Positions 8,754 through 19,211 of a stretch of DNA of 64,000 bases are shown here, in pieces (positions within the stretch are counted from its first letter, which is position 1; each line of letters opens with the position of its first letter). A model generated the notes under the pieces. It was not told the origin of the DNA, ran no database searches, and saw only the letters and a program-made list of their open reading frames with translations. This stretch comes from Spirochaetales bacterium (GTDB taxonomy: Bacteria; Spirochaetota; Spirochaetia; UBA9216): assembly GCA_016839055.1 (NCBI GenBank), contig JAEKNX010000011.1, positions 15,940 through 79,939 on the forward strand. The letters run 5' to 3'. Both the position numbers and the translations under genes were made by a program.

Positions 8754-9626
8754 TCATTCTCCGGCACTGAATATTACAAGAATCCGTCCTTCACGTATCA
8801 GACGCCGGTTTTCCTTGTTATAGAGAATCTTGCGGGCGGCTTCCCGACTGATTATTATATCTGTTCTGTTGTTACCGAAGACGGCTGAGGCGGTAGTAAA
8901 GAAAGGATAGAGGCCTATTCGGCTCTCGAAATCCCTGAGGTCGGTGCTTTCGGTATATCCGGCAAATCCCCATTTCTGAAGATATCCCGGTTCGGCCATT
9001 TTAACCGAGGCCAGAAGATCCATGTTCTCATCATAAATCCGTGGGAAAACTGCTGGCTTCAGCAGTCCGGTGCCGGATTCTCCATAAAGAGGAAGGCTGT
9101 CGGCCGCGTAGATTACAATACCTGAAAAAGAGGCCGTCGGTTCAAAGTCGAGTACTGCCGGTATCGGCGCCGGATGACTGTGAGTAATTAGAATTGGCAT
9201 CAGATCAGAGTATATATTGTATTTGTAGATATTTTTCACCGTGGAAAGATCACGGCTGAAACTGCTTGAGATCTTCTCGATTGATTGGTTCAGGCTGTCA
9301 AACTTTGTCATTCCCGTTTGGTTTTCTTTGAGAAAAGTTCTCACGCTCCGGAGCGAGTCGAGATATAGACCGTCGAAAGATTCGGCGGCTATTTCAGTCA
9401 GATGACGATCGATTGATTCGGAAATCCGGAATCTCGCCGTTGTCAGATTGTCGGTATTGTCCGGAATGAAAGATTCTGTCGAAATTGTAATATCACCGGT
9501 TTTCCAGTTGATTTCCATTTTTGTCTTAATATCATTCTGATCTGAGAAGACAGGAGAGCAGAATAGTGAAAGAATGACGGCTGTTATAGCGAACAAGGAT
9601 AATTTATTAATATTAAACAATGACAT
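8754..9626 (-). CDS. Secreted hypothetical protein
   Basis: 290 aa with an N-terminal signal sequence (LSLFAITAVILSLFCSPVFS). Its start abuts the stop of the upstream lytic transglycosylase gene. Confidence 0.55.
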   Translation of the reverse strand: MSLFNINKLSLFAITAVILSLFCSPVFSDQNDIKTKMEINWKTGDITISTESFIPDNTDNLTTARFRISESIDRHLTEIAAESFDGLYLDSLRSVRTFLKENQTGMTKFDSLNQSIEKISSSFSRDLSTVKNIYKYNIYSDLMPILITHSHPAPIPAVLDFEPTASFSGIVIYAADSLPLYGESGTGLLKPAVFPRIYDENMDLLASVKMAEPGYLQKWGFAGYTESTDLRDFESRIGLYPFFTTASAVFGNNRTDIIISREAARKILYNKENRRLIREGRILVIFSAGE

Positions 9627-10894
9627 TAATCCGCTCCCGGAACCTGAATTATTATACCCGCCCTAAGAATTTCATCAATGGATATTCCGTTATTATATGC
9701 AATTTCCTCGGCGCTGGTTCTGAATTTTCTGGAAATGCTCCAGAGTGAATCACCAGTTTTAACCATATACGTGCTGGTATCCTGCCACCTGATTTCGGTC
9801 CTGTCTTCGGCGTGGAAAGGGTTTGCTTCTTTGAGCGCCGGGATTATTATTTTTTGCCCGGCCCTGAGAGCCCTTGCTTCAGCCGACGGATTGTAGTCTT
9901 CAATCATCGAAACAGGAACACCGAAATGCCTTGAAAGGGCGTAGTAGGTATCGCCGCTTCTGATTTCATGAATGTAGAATCGGATGAGAGGTTCTTCATT
10001 CATGGCCAATATTCTCTCTACATTATCGGAGTATTCCGCCGGAACCTTCAGGAAATAGCCTGAATCGACGGGCGGAGTAATGCCGTGCCGGAGCTCTGCG
10101 TTTGATTCTCTGAGAATTTTATAGGGAAGTCCGGATTTATCGGACAGTATTTGGAGGTTTACGGCCTGTTCGAGCTTAATGCGTGTCCATTTTCCAGAAA
10201 CTCCGCCTGCCTGCCCGGCTGCAGATTCGATGTCATATCTTTCGGGATAGGTTGCGAGATGGGCAAAGGCGAAAAACTTCGGAACATAGAGGCGTGTTTC
10301 CCTCGGGAGATATCCCTGCTCGTAGAGTTCAATATAGTTGCCTGTTCCAGAGGCTGCAACAGCCCGTTCCACCCTGCCTAGCCCGCAGTTGTAGGCCGCG
10401 ACAGCTAAAGGCCAGCTTCCGAGCCTCTGGAAATTGTATTCTAGTTTTGACAGAGCCGCTTCGGTAGCCTTCCAGAAGTCGCGCCTGTCATCCTGCCATT
10501 CATTTACTTCGATGTTGTATGGTGAGATGCTGTTCATCATGAACTGCCATAAACCAGCCGCGCCAGAGCGGGAAACCGCCCATGTCTTGAAGCCCGACTC
10601 GATCGCCGGCAGATACATTAGCTCCGGGGGCATGTCGTGCTCGACGAGGCGGTCATAAATGAACTCCAGGTAGGGGGCGCCGCGGTCGAGGATGGCATAA
10701 AAGGTTTTTCGGCCGTTGTCAGAGAGATATTCTTCAATGAAACGAGCTATCTCCGGATCTGCTGGTATATTAATAGAATGAAGAATCGGCCCTCCGACAT
10801 CCTGAAGGGGCGAGGTGAATGTCGTTTCGCCGAATGACCCGGTTACAGCGGTGAGAATAAATAAAAAAGTGATTAACGCAGTTTTAGTCTTCAT
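9626..10894 (-). CDS. Lytic transglycosylase (SLT domain) with two C-terminal LysM domains, MltD-like
   Basis: The SLT motif is LPAIESGFKTWAVSRSGAAGLWQFM...AYNCG. LysM-like blocks are HEIRSGDTYYALSRHFGV and YMVKTGDSLWSISRKFRTS. I place the start at the internal MKTKTALITFLF signal peptide (ATG 10892-10894) rather than the ORF-track start at 10954. Confidence 0.85.
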   Translation of the reverse strand: MKTKTALITFLFILTAVTGSFGETTFTSPLQDVGGPILHSINIPADPEIARFIEEYLSDNGRKTFYAILDRGAPYLEFIYDRLVEHDMPPELMYLPAIESGFKTWAVSRSGAAGLWQFMMNSISPYNIEVNEWQDDRRDFWKATEAALSKLEYNFQRLGSWPLAVAAYNCGLGRVERAVAASGTGNYIELYEQGYLPRETRLYVPKFFAFAHLATYPERYDIESAAGQAGGVSGKWTRIKLEQAVNLQILSDKSGLPYKILRESNAELRHGITPPVDSGYFLKVPAEYSDNVERILAMNEEPLIRFYIHEIRSGDTYYALSRHFGVPVSMIEDYNPSAEARALRAGQKIIIPALKEANPFHAEDRTEIRWQDTSTYMVKTGDSLWSISRKFRTSAEEIAYNNGISIDEILRAGIIIQVPGAD

Positions 10895-12029
10895 CCGTAT
10901 TTCCGGAAAACGGCTTTTCGCCCAGATAAATTCCGGCCCATTCCCATTTTCCATTTATTTCAGGATCGGCTGGAAAGGATATTTTCCTGAAGTATAAATA
11001 CCAGGTCGGGATTCGGAACGACCATCCCCAGGTTTCAAGGTATGCTTCCTGAAGGTTGGAGTCTGAGTTGAGTTTCTCCGAGCATCTGAGCCTCGATGTC
11101 ATGAATATTCCCAAATCGGAATAAAATTCTTCCAGATCATCCAGAGTGTTTGTCTCAGTGGCTTCTTCTTCCCATGCCGTCGCAAAGAAGTTTACCTTTG
11201 CCCGGTAACGATTGAGCTTGGACGGATTACGTCCCCATACGGCCCATTGGACATACTTTGTAAGTTCTTCGAGGCTGTCCATTATCCAGCTCTTATCCCT
11301 GTAGTCATAGAAAGCTATCATCCCGGAGGTTTCAGCATGAGCCTTGGGTTCCCCGGGAATCTTGCAGTCGGGATACAGCAGAAAGTTGCGGTAGGCCTGG
11401 ACGGCTAGTTCCCATTCTCCAAGCTCTTCATAGGTCTTTGCCATATAGTAATAGAGAGGGCCTTTGTCTATTAAATCACGGTCCGGATAGAGGCTGTTGG
11501 GTTCACTGAAGCGAGCGATAAGTTCTTTGTAGTAGTTGACCCTTATTTCGGGCTCTTCTATCAGTAGAATAAGCTGTTTTAGGCAGACATAATGAATCGA
11601 TTTGCCCTGAACAAGAAGATCGTGGTAATTCTTGAGAATCCTCTCATAATAATGGGCGGCAAAGGGATAGGCGCCAGCTTCGTTATAGTTTTCCGCTACG
11701 ATTAGCAGATAGTATGAGTTGTAAGGATCCTCAGGGTTATTCTCAACATAGGCCGTCAGGAAAAGGTTGAGCTTTTCCTTGTGTCCGGAATTGTGGAGAA
11801 TTTTAATTATCTGTTGAACGACGGAAAGGGAGTTCTCGTACTCGCCCTCCTGGGTTTCGGCTTCGGCGAACAGACGTCTGAGTTGTTTTCGTTCTTCCGA
11901 GTCTCCGACGATGTAATAATTCACGGGATCTATAAACCGAGTGTAGAATAATTTCCTCGGGTTTCGACAGCCGGTGAAAAGAAGCAGGATAATAATGATC
12001 AACATAACCGAATAAGAAAATTTTCGCAT
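10884..12029 (-). CDS. TPR-like lipoprotein
   Basis: 381 aa. It has a lipobox (LLLFTGC) and helical-repeat-like composition with recurring Y/A/L patterns (AENYNEAGAYPFAAHYYERIL, MAKTYEELGEWELAVQAYRNFL). Confidence 0.6.
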   Translation of the reverse strand: MRKFSYSVMLIIIILLLFTGCRNPRKLFYTRFIDPVNYYIVGDSEERKQLRRLFAEAETQEGEYENSLSVVQQIIKILHNSGHKEKLNLFLTAYVENNPEDPYNSYYLLIVAENYNEAGAYPFAAHYYERILKNYHDLLVQGKSIHYVCLKQLILLIEEPEIRVNYYKELIARFSEPNSLYPDRDLIDKGPLYYYMAKTYEELGEWELAVQAYRNFLLYPDCKIPGEPKAHAETSGMIAFYDYRDKSWIMDSLEELTKYVQWAVWGRNPSKLNRYRAKVNFFATAWEEEATETNTLDDLEEFYSDLGIFMTSRLRCSEKLNSDSNLQEAYLETWGWSFRIPTWYLYFRKISFPADPEINGKWEWAGIYLGEKPFSGNTDED

Positions 12030-12122
12030 AACCGAAAGGATAATATCATATCGTAATGCTTATTGTAAGTGCTAATTCATTCTGATAAAATCGGGTCAGA
12101 CGAAAACTGAGGAGCATAATAT

Positions 12123-13328
12123 ATGGAACAGAAGATAACCATGAAGAACGGACAACTTCAGGTTCCGGCAAATCCCGTAATACCTTTTATTGAGGGTGAC
12201 GGAATAGGACCGGATATCTGGGCTACCGCGGTGAGAGTAATAGACGCCGCGGTTAAGTCTGCCTATGGAGAAGATAGAAAAATCATCTGGAAGGAAGTCC
12301 TTGCGGGGCAGAAGGCTTTTGACGCGACTGGAAGTTGGCTTCCAGAGGCTACTGAGGAAGCATTCAGGGAATATCTTGTAGGAATCAAGGGGCCTTTAAC
12401 CACCCCTATAGGCGGAGGCATAAGGAGTCTCAATGTAGCGCTCCGACAGAGACTTGATCTCTATGTCTGCCTGCGTCCGGTTAAGCATTACCTCGGAATT
12501 CCCAGCCCGGTTCTGAAGCCTGAAAATGTTGACATGGTTGTATTCAGGGAAAATACCGAAGATGTGTATGCCGGATTTGAAACAGCAGCGGGTGAAGATA
12601 AAACTCTCGAGCTTATCAAATTTCTGAAAGAGACAATGGGCTGGAACCTCAGGCCAGATTCTGGAATAGGAATCAAGCCGATAAGTAAAACCGGAACAGA
12701 AAGGCTCGTCAGGGCGGCAATAGAGTATGCCGTAGAACACGGGAGAAAGACGGTCACCCTGGTTCACAAGGGTAATATAATGAAATTTACCGAGGGAGCC
12801 TTTCGTGAATGGGGATATGAGCTTGCAAAACGCGAATTTGGTGATAAGGTAGTAAGCTGGGAAGATTGTGGAGGCAAGGTTCCCGAAGGCAAGATTCTTA
12901 TAAAAGATGTTATTGCCGATGCTTTTCTTCAGCAGATTTTAACCCGACCTGCCGAATATGATGTAGTAGCAACAATGAATTTGAACGGTGATTATATATC
13001 TGATGCTCTTGCGGCTCAGGTGGGCGGAATCGGAATTGCGCCGGGTGCAAATATTAACTATACAATCGGCACCGCGATTTTTGAGGCAACCCACGGTACT
13101 GCACCCAAATATGCAGGACTGAATAAGGTTAATCCTAGTTCAGTTATACTTTCAGGCCGGATGATGCTTGAGTACATGGGGTGGACCGAGGCCGCTGATT
13201 TGATTGAAAAGGGAATCACCGATGCAATTTCGAAGAAAATTGTAACCTATGATTTTGCAAGACTTATGGATGATGCTGTCGAAGTATCAACCTCAACGTT
13301 CGGTGATACAATAATCGAAAATATGTAA
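12123..13328 (+). CDS. icd: NADP-dependent isocitrate dehydrogenase
   Basis: 401 aa. Blocks [37 protein letters not shown] and [26 protein letters not shown] match prokaryotic homodimeric IDH. A GAGGAG RBS is present. Confidence 0.93.
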   Translation: MEQKITMKNGQLQVPANPVIPFIEGDGIGPDIWATAVRVIDAAVKSAYGEDRKIIWKEVLAGQKAFDATGSWLPEATEEAFREYLVGIKGPLTTPIGGGIRSLNVALRQRLDLYVCLRPVKHYLGIPSPVLKPENVDMVVFRENTEDVYAGFETAAGEDKTLELIKFLKETMGWNLRPDSGIGIKPISKTGTERLVRAAIEYAVEHGRKTVTLVHKGNIMKFTEGAFREWGYELAKREFGDKVVSWEDCGGKVPEGKILIKDVIADAFLQQILTRPAEYDVVATMNLNGDYISDALAAQVGGIGIAPGANINYTIGTAIFEATHGTAPKYAGLNKVNPSSVILSGRMMLEYMGWTEAADLIEKGITDAISKKIVTYDFARLMDDAVEVSTSTFGDTIIENM

Positions 13329-13331
13329 CGA

Positions 13332-15125
13332 ATGAAGTTTTTTGATAATTCTTCTTACTGCATAAAAATGACTGCTAATTGTCAAAAACACTTCAGAGGC
13401 TTTTTGAAAAAGCCTCAAAGGATTATTACACTGTTCAGGCTGTGTGAAAAAAAAATAATACCGCGGGTTTCGGCTATAGTTACCGGCTTTCTGATTATTA
13501 TTTCTCTATTAATAGGTTGTGAGTCGGTTCCGAAAACTCATTTGGGAACCGAACTCAGCGTATCTAGTGAGCAGCTTAATATTCTTGAAACCTGCAAACG
13601 GAATCTCGGCATAGCTTCTCCGGATACTCTCAGGGCGACGATGAATCTTCTCGCCGAATCGGAGGCGGGTAAATCCGAAGCAGGAATAGAATATGCTTAC
13701 ATTGCTGCAAAGCTGATGAACCTTGTGTACCCAGTTGCTATGGGGGGGCGCTCTGTTCCTGAGCCTCCGAGGGGCAGTATTTATCCAGGGATCTTTAAAG
13801 CGGTTGAGTCGGGGAAATATCCTGAGATTGAGCAGAAAGATATATCATTTCTATCGGTACTGGCTTCCTCTGTGGTGATTCTGTTTAGCAGCAATAAGAC
13901 CGTAGAAATTCTCAGTTTTGACAATATTAAACAGGCAGTCAGGATGAATGAGAAATCCGTTCTTCCGGTCTATCTCCGGGGGCTTATGCATGAGCGCAAC
14001 GGCAGATATGAAGACGCTTTATCAGATTATACTTCAGCATTGGACCTTGACCCCTCCTGTTACCCTGCTGAAACAGGCATCGCAAGGATTTATATTCAGA
14101 CCGGACGAAATGAGGCTGCGGTAGAAATAATGAACATGCTCACGACCCAATACCCCTTTTCGACAGCCATGCTTGTTACCGCAGCTGAAACAAGGTTCCT
14201 GATTAAAGATTATTCAGGGGCTCTTGCTTATTCGGCCGAAGTTCTCCGGTATGAGCCGCAGAATCCGGAAATTCAGGTTCTTCGGGCCAGAATTTTTCTT
14301 AATCAGAAAAATTTCCAACAGGCTGGACGTCTAATCGATGTCCTTGAACGGATGAATCATCATGTCCCAGATTTTTATTTTATTAAATCCGAGGTGGAGA
14401 AGGCTGGCGAGGATTATCTTAGCGCCCTCAATACTCTGGAGAAAGGAAGGTCCGTCTATCCTGATAATAAGGAACTTAAAGAAGCCTACGGGGCAGTTCT
14501 CATGCTCGCGGGGCGGAGAGATGAGGCCCGTGAAATACTTGCAGGAGGAAACGGCACCAGAGAAACCGGCTTGGAAGGGCTTATTGTTCTCATTGAAGAC
14601 GCAATTGAGACAGCGGACTGGAAGGCTGCAGCCGAATATGCACAGCGGCTGGCCGAAGAGAGCGGATCGCTTAAAGCGGGGATTGCTGTTTGGAAGGCAT
14701 GGTATTATCAGGAAGATTATCAGAAGGCATTGTCTGCGGCTGCAAAATTATTTAAAGACTATCCGGAACAATCAGATGCCGCTATCGTTTACGTTAGAAC
14801 CCTCATTGAACTTAACCGACTGCTTCAGGCTGAACGGGTTCTGAATGAACGGTTGCCGAAGGAGACTGATCCCGAGAAAAAAAGTTTACTCTTCTACTTG
14901 ATGAGCCTTGTGTCGGATTCAGAAGAAGAAAGATTGCAGGCGCTCCGCTCTGCTCTTTTTGAGGATCTTCAAAATATAGAAGCCCTTGTAGGTATTTCGA
15001 GACTTTATATCGAGATGGGTGATGTTCGGAAAGCTTACCGTTATCTGAAACAGGCCGCTGCCCTTTCTCCGGGTGACAAAGAAATTATGACGGAAATGGC
15101 CGGGCTCGAGGAGCTGCTGGATTGA
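13332..15125 (+). CDS. TPR-repeat lipoprotein
   Basis: 597 aa. It has a lipobox (SLLIGC) and multiple TPR-like units (YEDALSDYTSALDLDPS, GDVRKAYRYLKQAAALSPGD). Confidence 0.7.
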   Translation: MKFFDNSSYCIKMTANCQKHFRGFLKKPQRIITLFRLCEKKIIPRVSAIVTGFLIIISLLIGCESVPKTHLGTELSVSSEQLNILETCKRNLGIASPDTLRATMNLLAESEAGKSEAGIEYAYIAAKLMNLVYPVAMGGRSVPEPPRGSIYPGIFKAVESGKYPEIEQKDISFLSVLASSVVILFSSNKTVEILSFDNIKQAVRMNEKSVLPVYLRGLMHERNGRYEDALSDYTSALDLDPSCYPAETGIARIYIQTGRNEAAVEIMNMLTTQYPFSTAMLVTAAETRFLIKDYSGALAYSAEVLRYEPQNPEIQVLRARIFLNQKNFQQAGRLIDVLERMNHHVPDFYFIKSEVEKAGEDYLSALNTLEKGRSVYPDNKELKEAYGAVLMLAGRRDEAREILAGGNGTRETGLEGLIVLIEDAIETADWKAAAEYAQRLAEESGSLKAGIAVWKAWYYQEDYQKALSAAAKLFKDYPEQSDAAIVYVRTLIELNRLLQAERVLNERLPKETDPEKKSLLFYLMSLVSDSEEERLQALRSALFEDLQNIEALVGISRLYIEMGDVRKAYRYLKQAAALSPGDKEIMTEMAGLEELLD

Positions 15126-15586
15126 ATTACCGAACTCTCATTCTTGTCACTGTCTTTATGTCCGCCGCCGTCGGGGTTTCAGCCGGGTCTCCATTTTTTC
15201 CGTCGTCTCCCGACAGCTGGTTTGCTATGTTGAACTCTGATCTTGATGAGGCAACAGCTGCAATAGGCGGCGCCTGGGAGGAAATCCCACCTGGAGAATA
15301 CTCAAGCCGGGCCGATAGAATTGTATTTTACCCGGAAGGGCTGACTCTCTGGGCTATAGGCGGAAAAATTATCCAACTGAGGATAGACTCCATCTGGGCT
15401 GGTGAAATCGGCGGAATCAGGGCAGGTGAGACCGAAGAAGTTTTAAGAAAAGTCATGGGGGTTCCGTGGATTGAAGAGACGGATTCACTGTATTATAATC
15501 TGCCCTGGAATGAAGGGCCGGTGAGGTTGAGATTTGTTTTTACCGGGAACGGACTGCATGAAGTATACCTGTATAAAGTGAGATAA
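15122..15586 (+). CDS. Secreted hypothetical protein
   Basis: 154 aa. The TTG start overlaps the upstream TGA (TTGA). It has a signal peptide (LILVTVFMSAAVGVSAG). Confidence 0.5.
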   Translation: MNYRTLILVTVFMSAAVGVSAGSPFFPSSPDSWFAMLNSDLDEATAAIGGAWEEIPPGEYSSRADRIVFYPEGLTLWAIGGKIIQLRIDSIWAGEIGGIRAGETEEVLRKVMGVPWIEETDSLYYNLPWNEGPVRLRFVFTGNGLHEVYLYKVR

Positions 15587-15601
15587 AGAGAAGGAAGGTC
15601 G

Positions 15602-17179
15602 ATGATCTGTCTAAGCTGCACTGGAAAAACAATAGAAGAAAATCTTGAATACATTGAACGCTACCGTAAATATCTTGGTATTGTCGAGATACGGGCCGAT
15701 TTTCTCAGGCCTTCTGAGCTCGACAGGCTGCCGGAGTTTCCCGGAAAAGCCGGTCTCCCTGTAATCCTGACATACCGGAAACTGGAGGACGGTGGATCGT
15801 CCTCCGGCAGCGGAGCGTCCTCCGACGGCGGAGCGTCCTCCGACAGCGGAGCGTCCATCGACAGCGGAGCGTCCATCGACGGCGGAGCGTCCTCCGACAG
15901 CGGAGCCGCTGTTGAATTTTCCGAGATCCGCCGCTCTGATATTTTAATGCACGGGCTCTGCGGAGGCTACAGATATATAGATATTGAAGATGATGCCGAC
16001 GAAGAGTATGCATTACCTCTTATTGCCGAGGCAGAAAAGACAGGAACTGCTGTTATTCGGTCTTTTCATGATTTTAGTGGTGTTCCGGATTGCCTGTTCG
16101 ACAGGATGATAGCCGCGTCCGACGGCGGCAGATTTATTCCGAAGGCGGCTGTGATGCCGAAAAGCACCGCCGATTTAATCAGTATAATCAAGACCTCAAG
16201 AAAACTGACTGATTCGGTCGAAGGCAAAGCCGCGGCAGAGCAGGGGTTCATCCTTCTAGGGATGGGTGTCTATGGATTTCCGACGAGGGTACTCGCCAAG
16301 GCTCTGGGATCGATGTTGACCTTCTGTTCTCCCTCCGGCGCGCAGGCTGCGCCGGGACATGTTTCTCCTGATCAGCTTGCTGAAGTCTACGGCTACAGCG
16401 GTATAAGCCGCGGAAGCAGAGTATATGGAATTCTCGGACATCCGGTCATGCATTCGCAGTCACCGCTGATACATAACGGGGGTTACCGAAGCCTCGGTAT
16501 TGACGCAGTCTACCTGCCCTTCGAGACCACGGAACCAGAGCTGTTTATCCGGAATGCTGAACTTCTCAACCTTGGAGGTTTGTCGGTTACCATTCCGCAC
16601 AAGCAGCGTGTTATTCCTCTTGCCGACCGGGTTGATGAGTCAGTCCGGACAATAGGAGCATGCAATACCCTTGTTAACTGCGGCAGAGATGAAGGCTGGA
16701 AGGCTTATAACACCGACTGGATTGGTTTTCTCGCGCCGCTTGCCGGACTGCCTCTATCGGGGAAGGAAGCCCTGGTAATTGGAGCCGGCGGGGCAGCAAG
16801 GGCGGTTGTCTACGCCTTGACTAAAAGCGGGATGAAGGTGACTGTAATTAACCGCACCGCGGAGAAGGCCGAAAGGCTCGCCGCTGACTTTCTCTGCAGC
16901 GGCGGAGGCTTGTCCGCTGCAGAACGTCCTGATAAGCCATGGCTTGTTGTTCAGACTACCAGCGTCGGGATGAGTCCTGATACCGCGGGGGATCCTCTGC
17001 CTGGTTTTGATTTCTCGGGGACTGAAGTAGTCTATGATCTCATCTATACTCCCGAAAAAACAACATTCTTAATGCAGGCAGAGGCCGCGGGCTGCCGGAT
17101 TATAAACGGTCATCATATGTTGACGGCTCAGGCTGCGGAGCAGTTCCTGCTGTTTACGGGGTGTAAAGCGAGCTTTTAA
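15602..17179 (+). CDS. aroDE: Bifunctional 3-dehydroquinate dehydratase (type I) / shikimate 5-dehydrogenase
   Basis: 525 aa. The N-terminal half has type I DHQase features (VEIRADFL...IRSFHDF). The C-terminal half is AroE (YGILGHPVMHSQSPLIHN, SVTIPHK, NTDWIGF, VIGAGGAARAVVYAL). A low-complexity G/S/D insert interrupts the DHQase domain. Confidence 0.88.
   Translation: MICLSCTGKTIEENLEYIERYRKYLGIVEIRADFLRPSELDRLPEFPGKAGLPVILTYRKLEDGGSSSGSGASSDGGASSDSGASIDSGASIDGGASSDSGAAVEFSEIRRSDILMHGLCGGYRYIDIEDDADEEYALPLIAEAEKTGTAVIRSFHDFSGVPDCLFDRMIAASDGGRFIPKAAVMPKSTADLISIIKTSRKLTDSVEGKAAAEQGFILLGMGVYGFPTRVLAKALGSMLTFCSPSGAQAAPGHVSPDQLAEVYGYSGISRGSRVYGILGHPVMHSQSPLIHNGGYRSLGIDAVYLPFETTEPELFIRNAELLNLGGLSVTIPHKQRVIPLADRVDESVRTIGACNTLVNCGRDEGWKAYNTDWIGFLAPLAGLPLSGKEALVIGAGGAARAVVYALTKSGMKVTVINRTAEKAERLAADFLCSGGGLSAAERPDKPWLVVQTTSVGMSPDTAGDPLPGFDFSGTEVVYDLIYTPEKTTFLMQAEAAGCRIINGHHMLTAQAAEQFLLFTGCKASF
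15794..15901. repeat. Six copies (first degenerate) of an 18-nt coding tandem repeat, GGAGCGTCC(T/A)(C/T)CGAC(G/A)GC
   Basis: Counted directly. The units start at 15794, 15812, 15830, 15848, 15866 and 15884. They encode GAS(S/I)D(G/S) hexapeptides inside aroDE. Confidence 0.85.
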
Positions 17180-19211
17180 GCATCTTGAGATAGCTTATTC
17201 TTGTAATAGGAATATGGATTTCCTTCTCATCGGGCAGTTCAATGCCTTCAACAGTATAAACAGGAGGCTTGCCCTCTAAAGCATTTTCCGCTTTTGTAAG
17301 TTTAAGTGGTTTTACAAGTCTCTTCTCAAGCTCCAGATCAACTACTGTTGTCACCTCGAGAAGATTCTCGAGTTCGAGTGCTCGTTCGGTAAGCCTGATT
17401 TTTGCCCGGTGGTCGAGACCTCCGGCTTCTCCCTTTTCCTCCGGCCTGTCTGAGGCCTTCAGCTGTGAGTCTGATAGAATCAGTTTCTTCTGGGAGCGGG
17501 CATTCAGCTTGTTTCTTTTTTCTGGAGTCATAGGAAGTCTGTTTATTTTATCAGTCAGCTCATCTAACAGTTTTGACGGATTTTGAATACTGTATCCGCT
17601 GAAAAAATCTATGAGTCCTGTTTCGACAGTGTTTTTTGAAAACTCTCCCGCCGATTTAGGACCTAGTATAGGAGTGGTAACCGCGTCGTCCCCGGTTTTA
17701 ATCTCCGGCAGAATGTCGAAACCTGCATCTGCAAAGGCCCGCCTCCATTCATTTTCTTTCTCAGGGTCAAGGATGAATACTCCCGGGGCGGGGGAAGCGA
17801 GGAAAAATTCTTTCAGTTGGGGAGCATGTTTAATAAGTGGAAGACGGTCGGGGCTGACCGTCATTACGACACCGTAATTCAGACCGATGCTTCGATATTC
17901 TTTCTCCCATGCTCCGAATGAGAAAAGGATGTTTTGTGGAATGCTGCCGGTTGAATTTTTCTCAAGTCCGGATATTATTTCCTCGAGGTCGAAGCCCGCC
18001 TCAAGAGCAGCGGCAAATGATCTTTTCTCAATTGAATATGTTCTTGTTATATCATAATTTCTTATTTCAGAGCAGATTGCCGCGGTTATCTCTTCGGCAA
18101 TAGCAAAGCCAGCCGGAGCCGATATTTCGGAATTTGACTGAATTCTTAGCTTTTCTCCAGCCGCCTGAACATAGTCAGGATCGAAGTTGAAGGTCAGTAA
18201 CGTTTCTGTTTCCGAAAGATAACCAGTCAGGCAGAGAGCTTCTATTACTGAATCACCGGTTACGAGGCCTATTTCCGGATATCCGGCAAGAAGGTTCCGT
18301 TTTATGAGATAGAGTACTGATGTTAAATCTTCCCTGCTTATCACCGTCCCACAGTAGAAACTCAGGAGGAGGTTTGATAACAGCATATAGATAGAATCAA
18401 TGGAGGGTGTCCGGTCGGCGTCTTCCTCTTTGAGAAGGAAGGTGACAACAGTGGACGCTATTTTCAGCATTCTGCTCTTGTATTCCGAACTGCCGAAGTT
18501 CAGTATTGCGTCTGTATGAATATTTACAGCTGAGGAGGAGGCTTCAGCGAATTTCAAGATTCGCAGTGAATGGATCAGTAGATCGGGCAGCTGGATATTT
18601 TCCGGAACATTTTTCTCTACGGAGGCGAAAACCTCCGAGAACTTATTCTCAGCCTTTTTTCTGGCATTTCCGTTGTTTTTCAGCATATTTCTATTAGCCG
18701 ACAGGAATGATATGAAACCTGAGAGCAGCTGCTCGTTATACCATGGCTGGGCAGGCCTGCCTTCTTTTACTTCGATGGAAGGGAAGATGAGGGATGAGCC
18801 GAGATATTTACTCTTAAGCTCTTCTTCAAATAAGGGATTAAGGCGGATGACCTTCTCGTCTTTTCTTCCACTTTTCTCTGGATATTCGATACACAGAAGC
18901 AGTCGCTGCTGCAGGTTTTCAACCCGGTTGTAGAGTTCCAGAAAACTATAGATTTTCCTGGTGAAGCAGAACAGCTCTGATATTGTTGGATATTTTAAAA
19001 GACTCACGGCTGTTAGCAGCCGGCTGTCATCTTCATCAACAAGTTCGAAAAGCCTTGTCCTGATCTCCTTCTTCATAATCATCGAGGTAAGAGATCTTAT
19101 GAGATCATGCTTGTTGAACGGTGTTTTTAGATCCCCTAGATAATTTCTCATGATATCAAAGAAGATTGAATCGGGGAGGCTTAAGAGGTTGTTTTTCCAG
19201 GCGTTAATCAA
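17154..19211 (-). CDS. Large XPB-associated protein with a p52/Tfb2-like (Helicase_C_3-type) region
   Basis: 685 aa. The TTG start at 19211 overlaps the XPB stop (TTGA), with GGAGG 10 nt upstream. The central block LRIQSNSEISAP...YSIEKRSFAAALEAGFDLEEIISGLEKNSTGSIPQNILFSFGAWEKEY resembles the XPB-binding C-terminal region of eukaryotic p52/Tfb2. The assignment is by eye only. Confidence 0.55.
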   Translation of the reverse strand: MINAWKNNLLSLPDSIFFDIMRNYLGDLKTPFNKHDLIRSLTSMIMKKEIRTRLFELVDEDDSRLLTAVSLLKYPTISELFCFTRKIYSFLELYNRVENLQQRLLLCIEYPEKSGRKDEKVIRLNPLFEEELKSKYLGSSLIFPSIEVKEGRPAQPWYNEQLLSGFISFLSANRNMLKNNGNARKKAENKFSEVFASVEKNVPENIQLPDLLIHSLRILKFAEASSSAVNIHTDAILNFGSSEYKSRMLKIASTVVTFLLKEEDADRTPSIDSIYMLLSNLLLSFYCGTVISREDLTSVLYLIKRNLLAGYPEIGLVTGDSVIEALCLTGYLSETETLLTFNFDPDYVQAAGEKLRIQSNSEISAPAGFAIAEEITAAICSEIRNYDITRTYSIEKRSFAAALEAGFDLEEIISGLEKNSTGSIPQNILFSFGAWEKEYRSIGLNYGVVMTVSPDRLPLIKHAPQLKEFFLASPAPGVFILDPEKENEWRRAFADAGFDILPEIKTGDDAVTTPILGPKSAGEFSKNTVETGLIDFFSGYSIQNPSKLLDELTDKINRLPMTPEKRNKLNARSQKKLILSDSQLKASDRPEEKGEAGGLDHRAKIRLTERALELENLLEVTTVVDLELEKRLVKPLKLTKAENALEGKPPVYTVEGIELPDEKEIHIPITRISYLKMLKSSLYTP

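Noticed and set aside
14362-14844. 160-aa alternative-frame plus-strand ORF inside the TPR gene
   Set aside because: It is an out-of-frame overlap with a 597-aa ORF that has coherent TPR repeats. It is Arg-rich with no start context.
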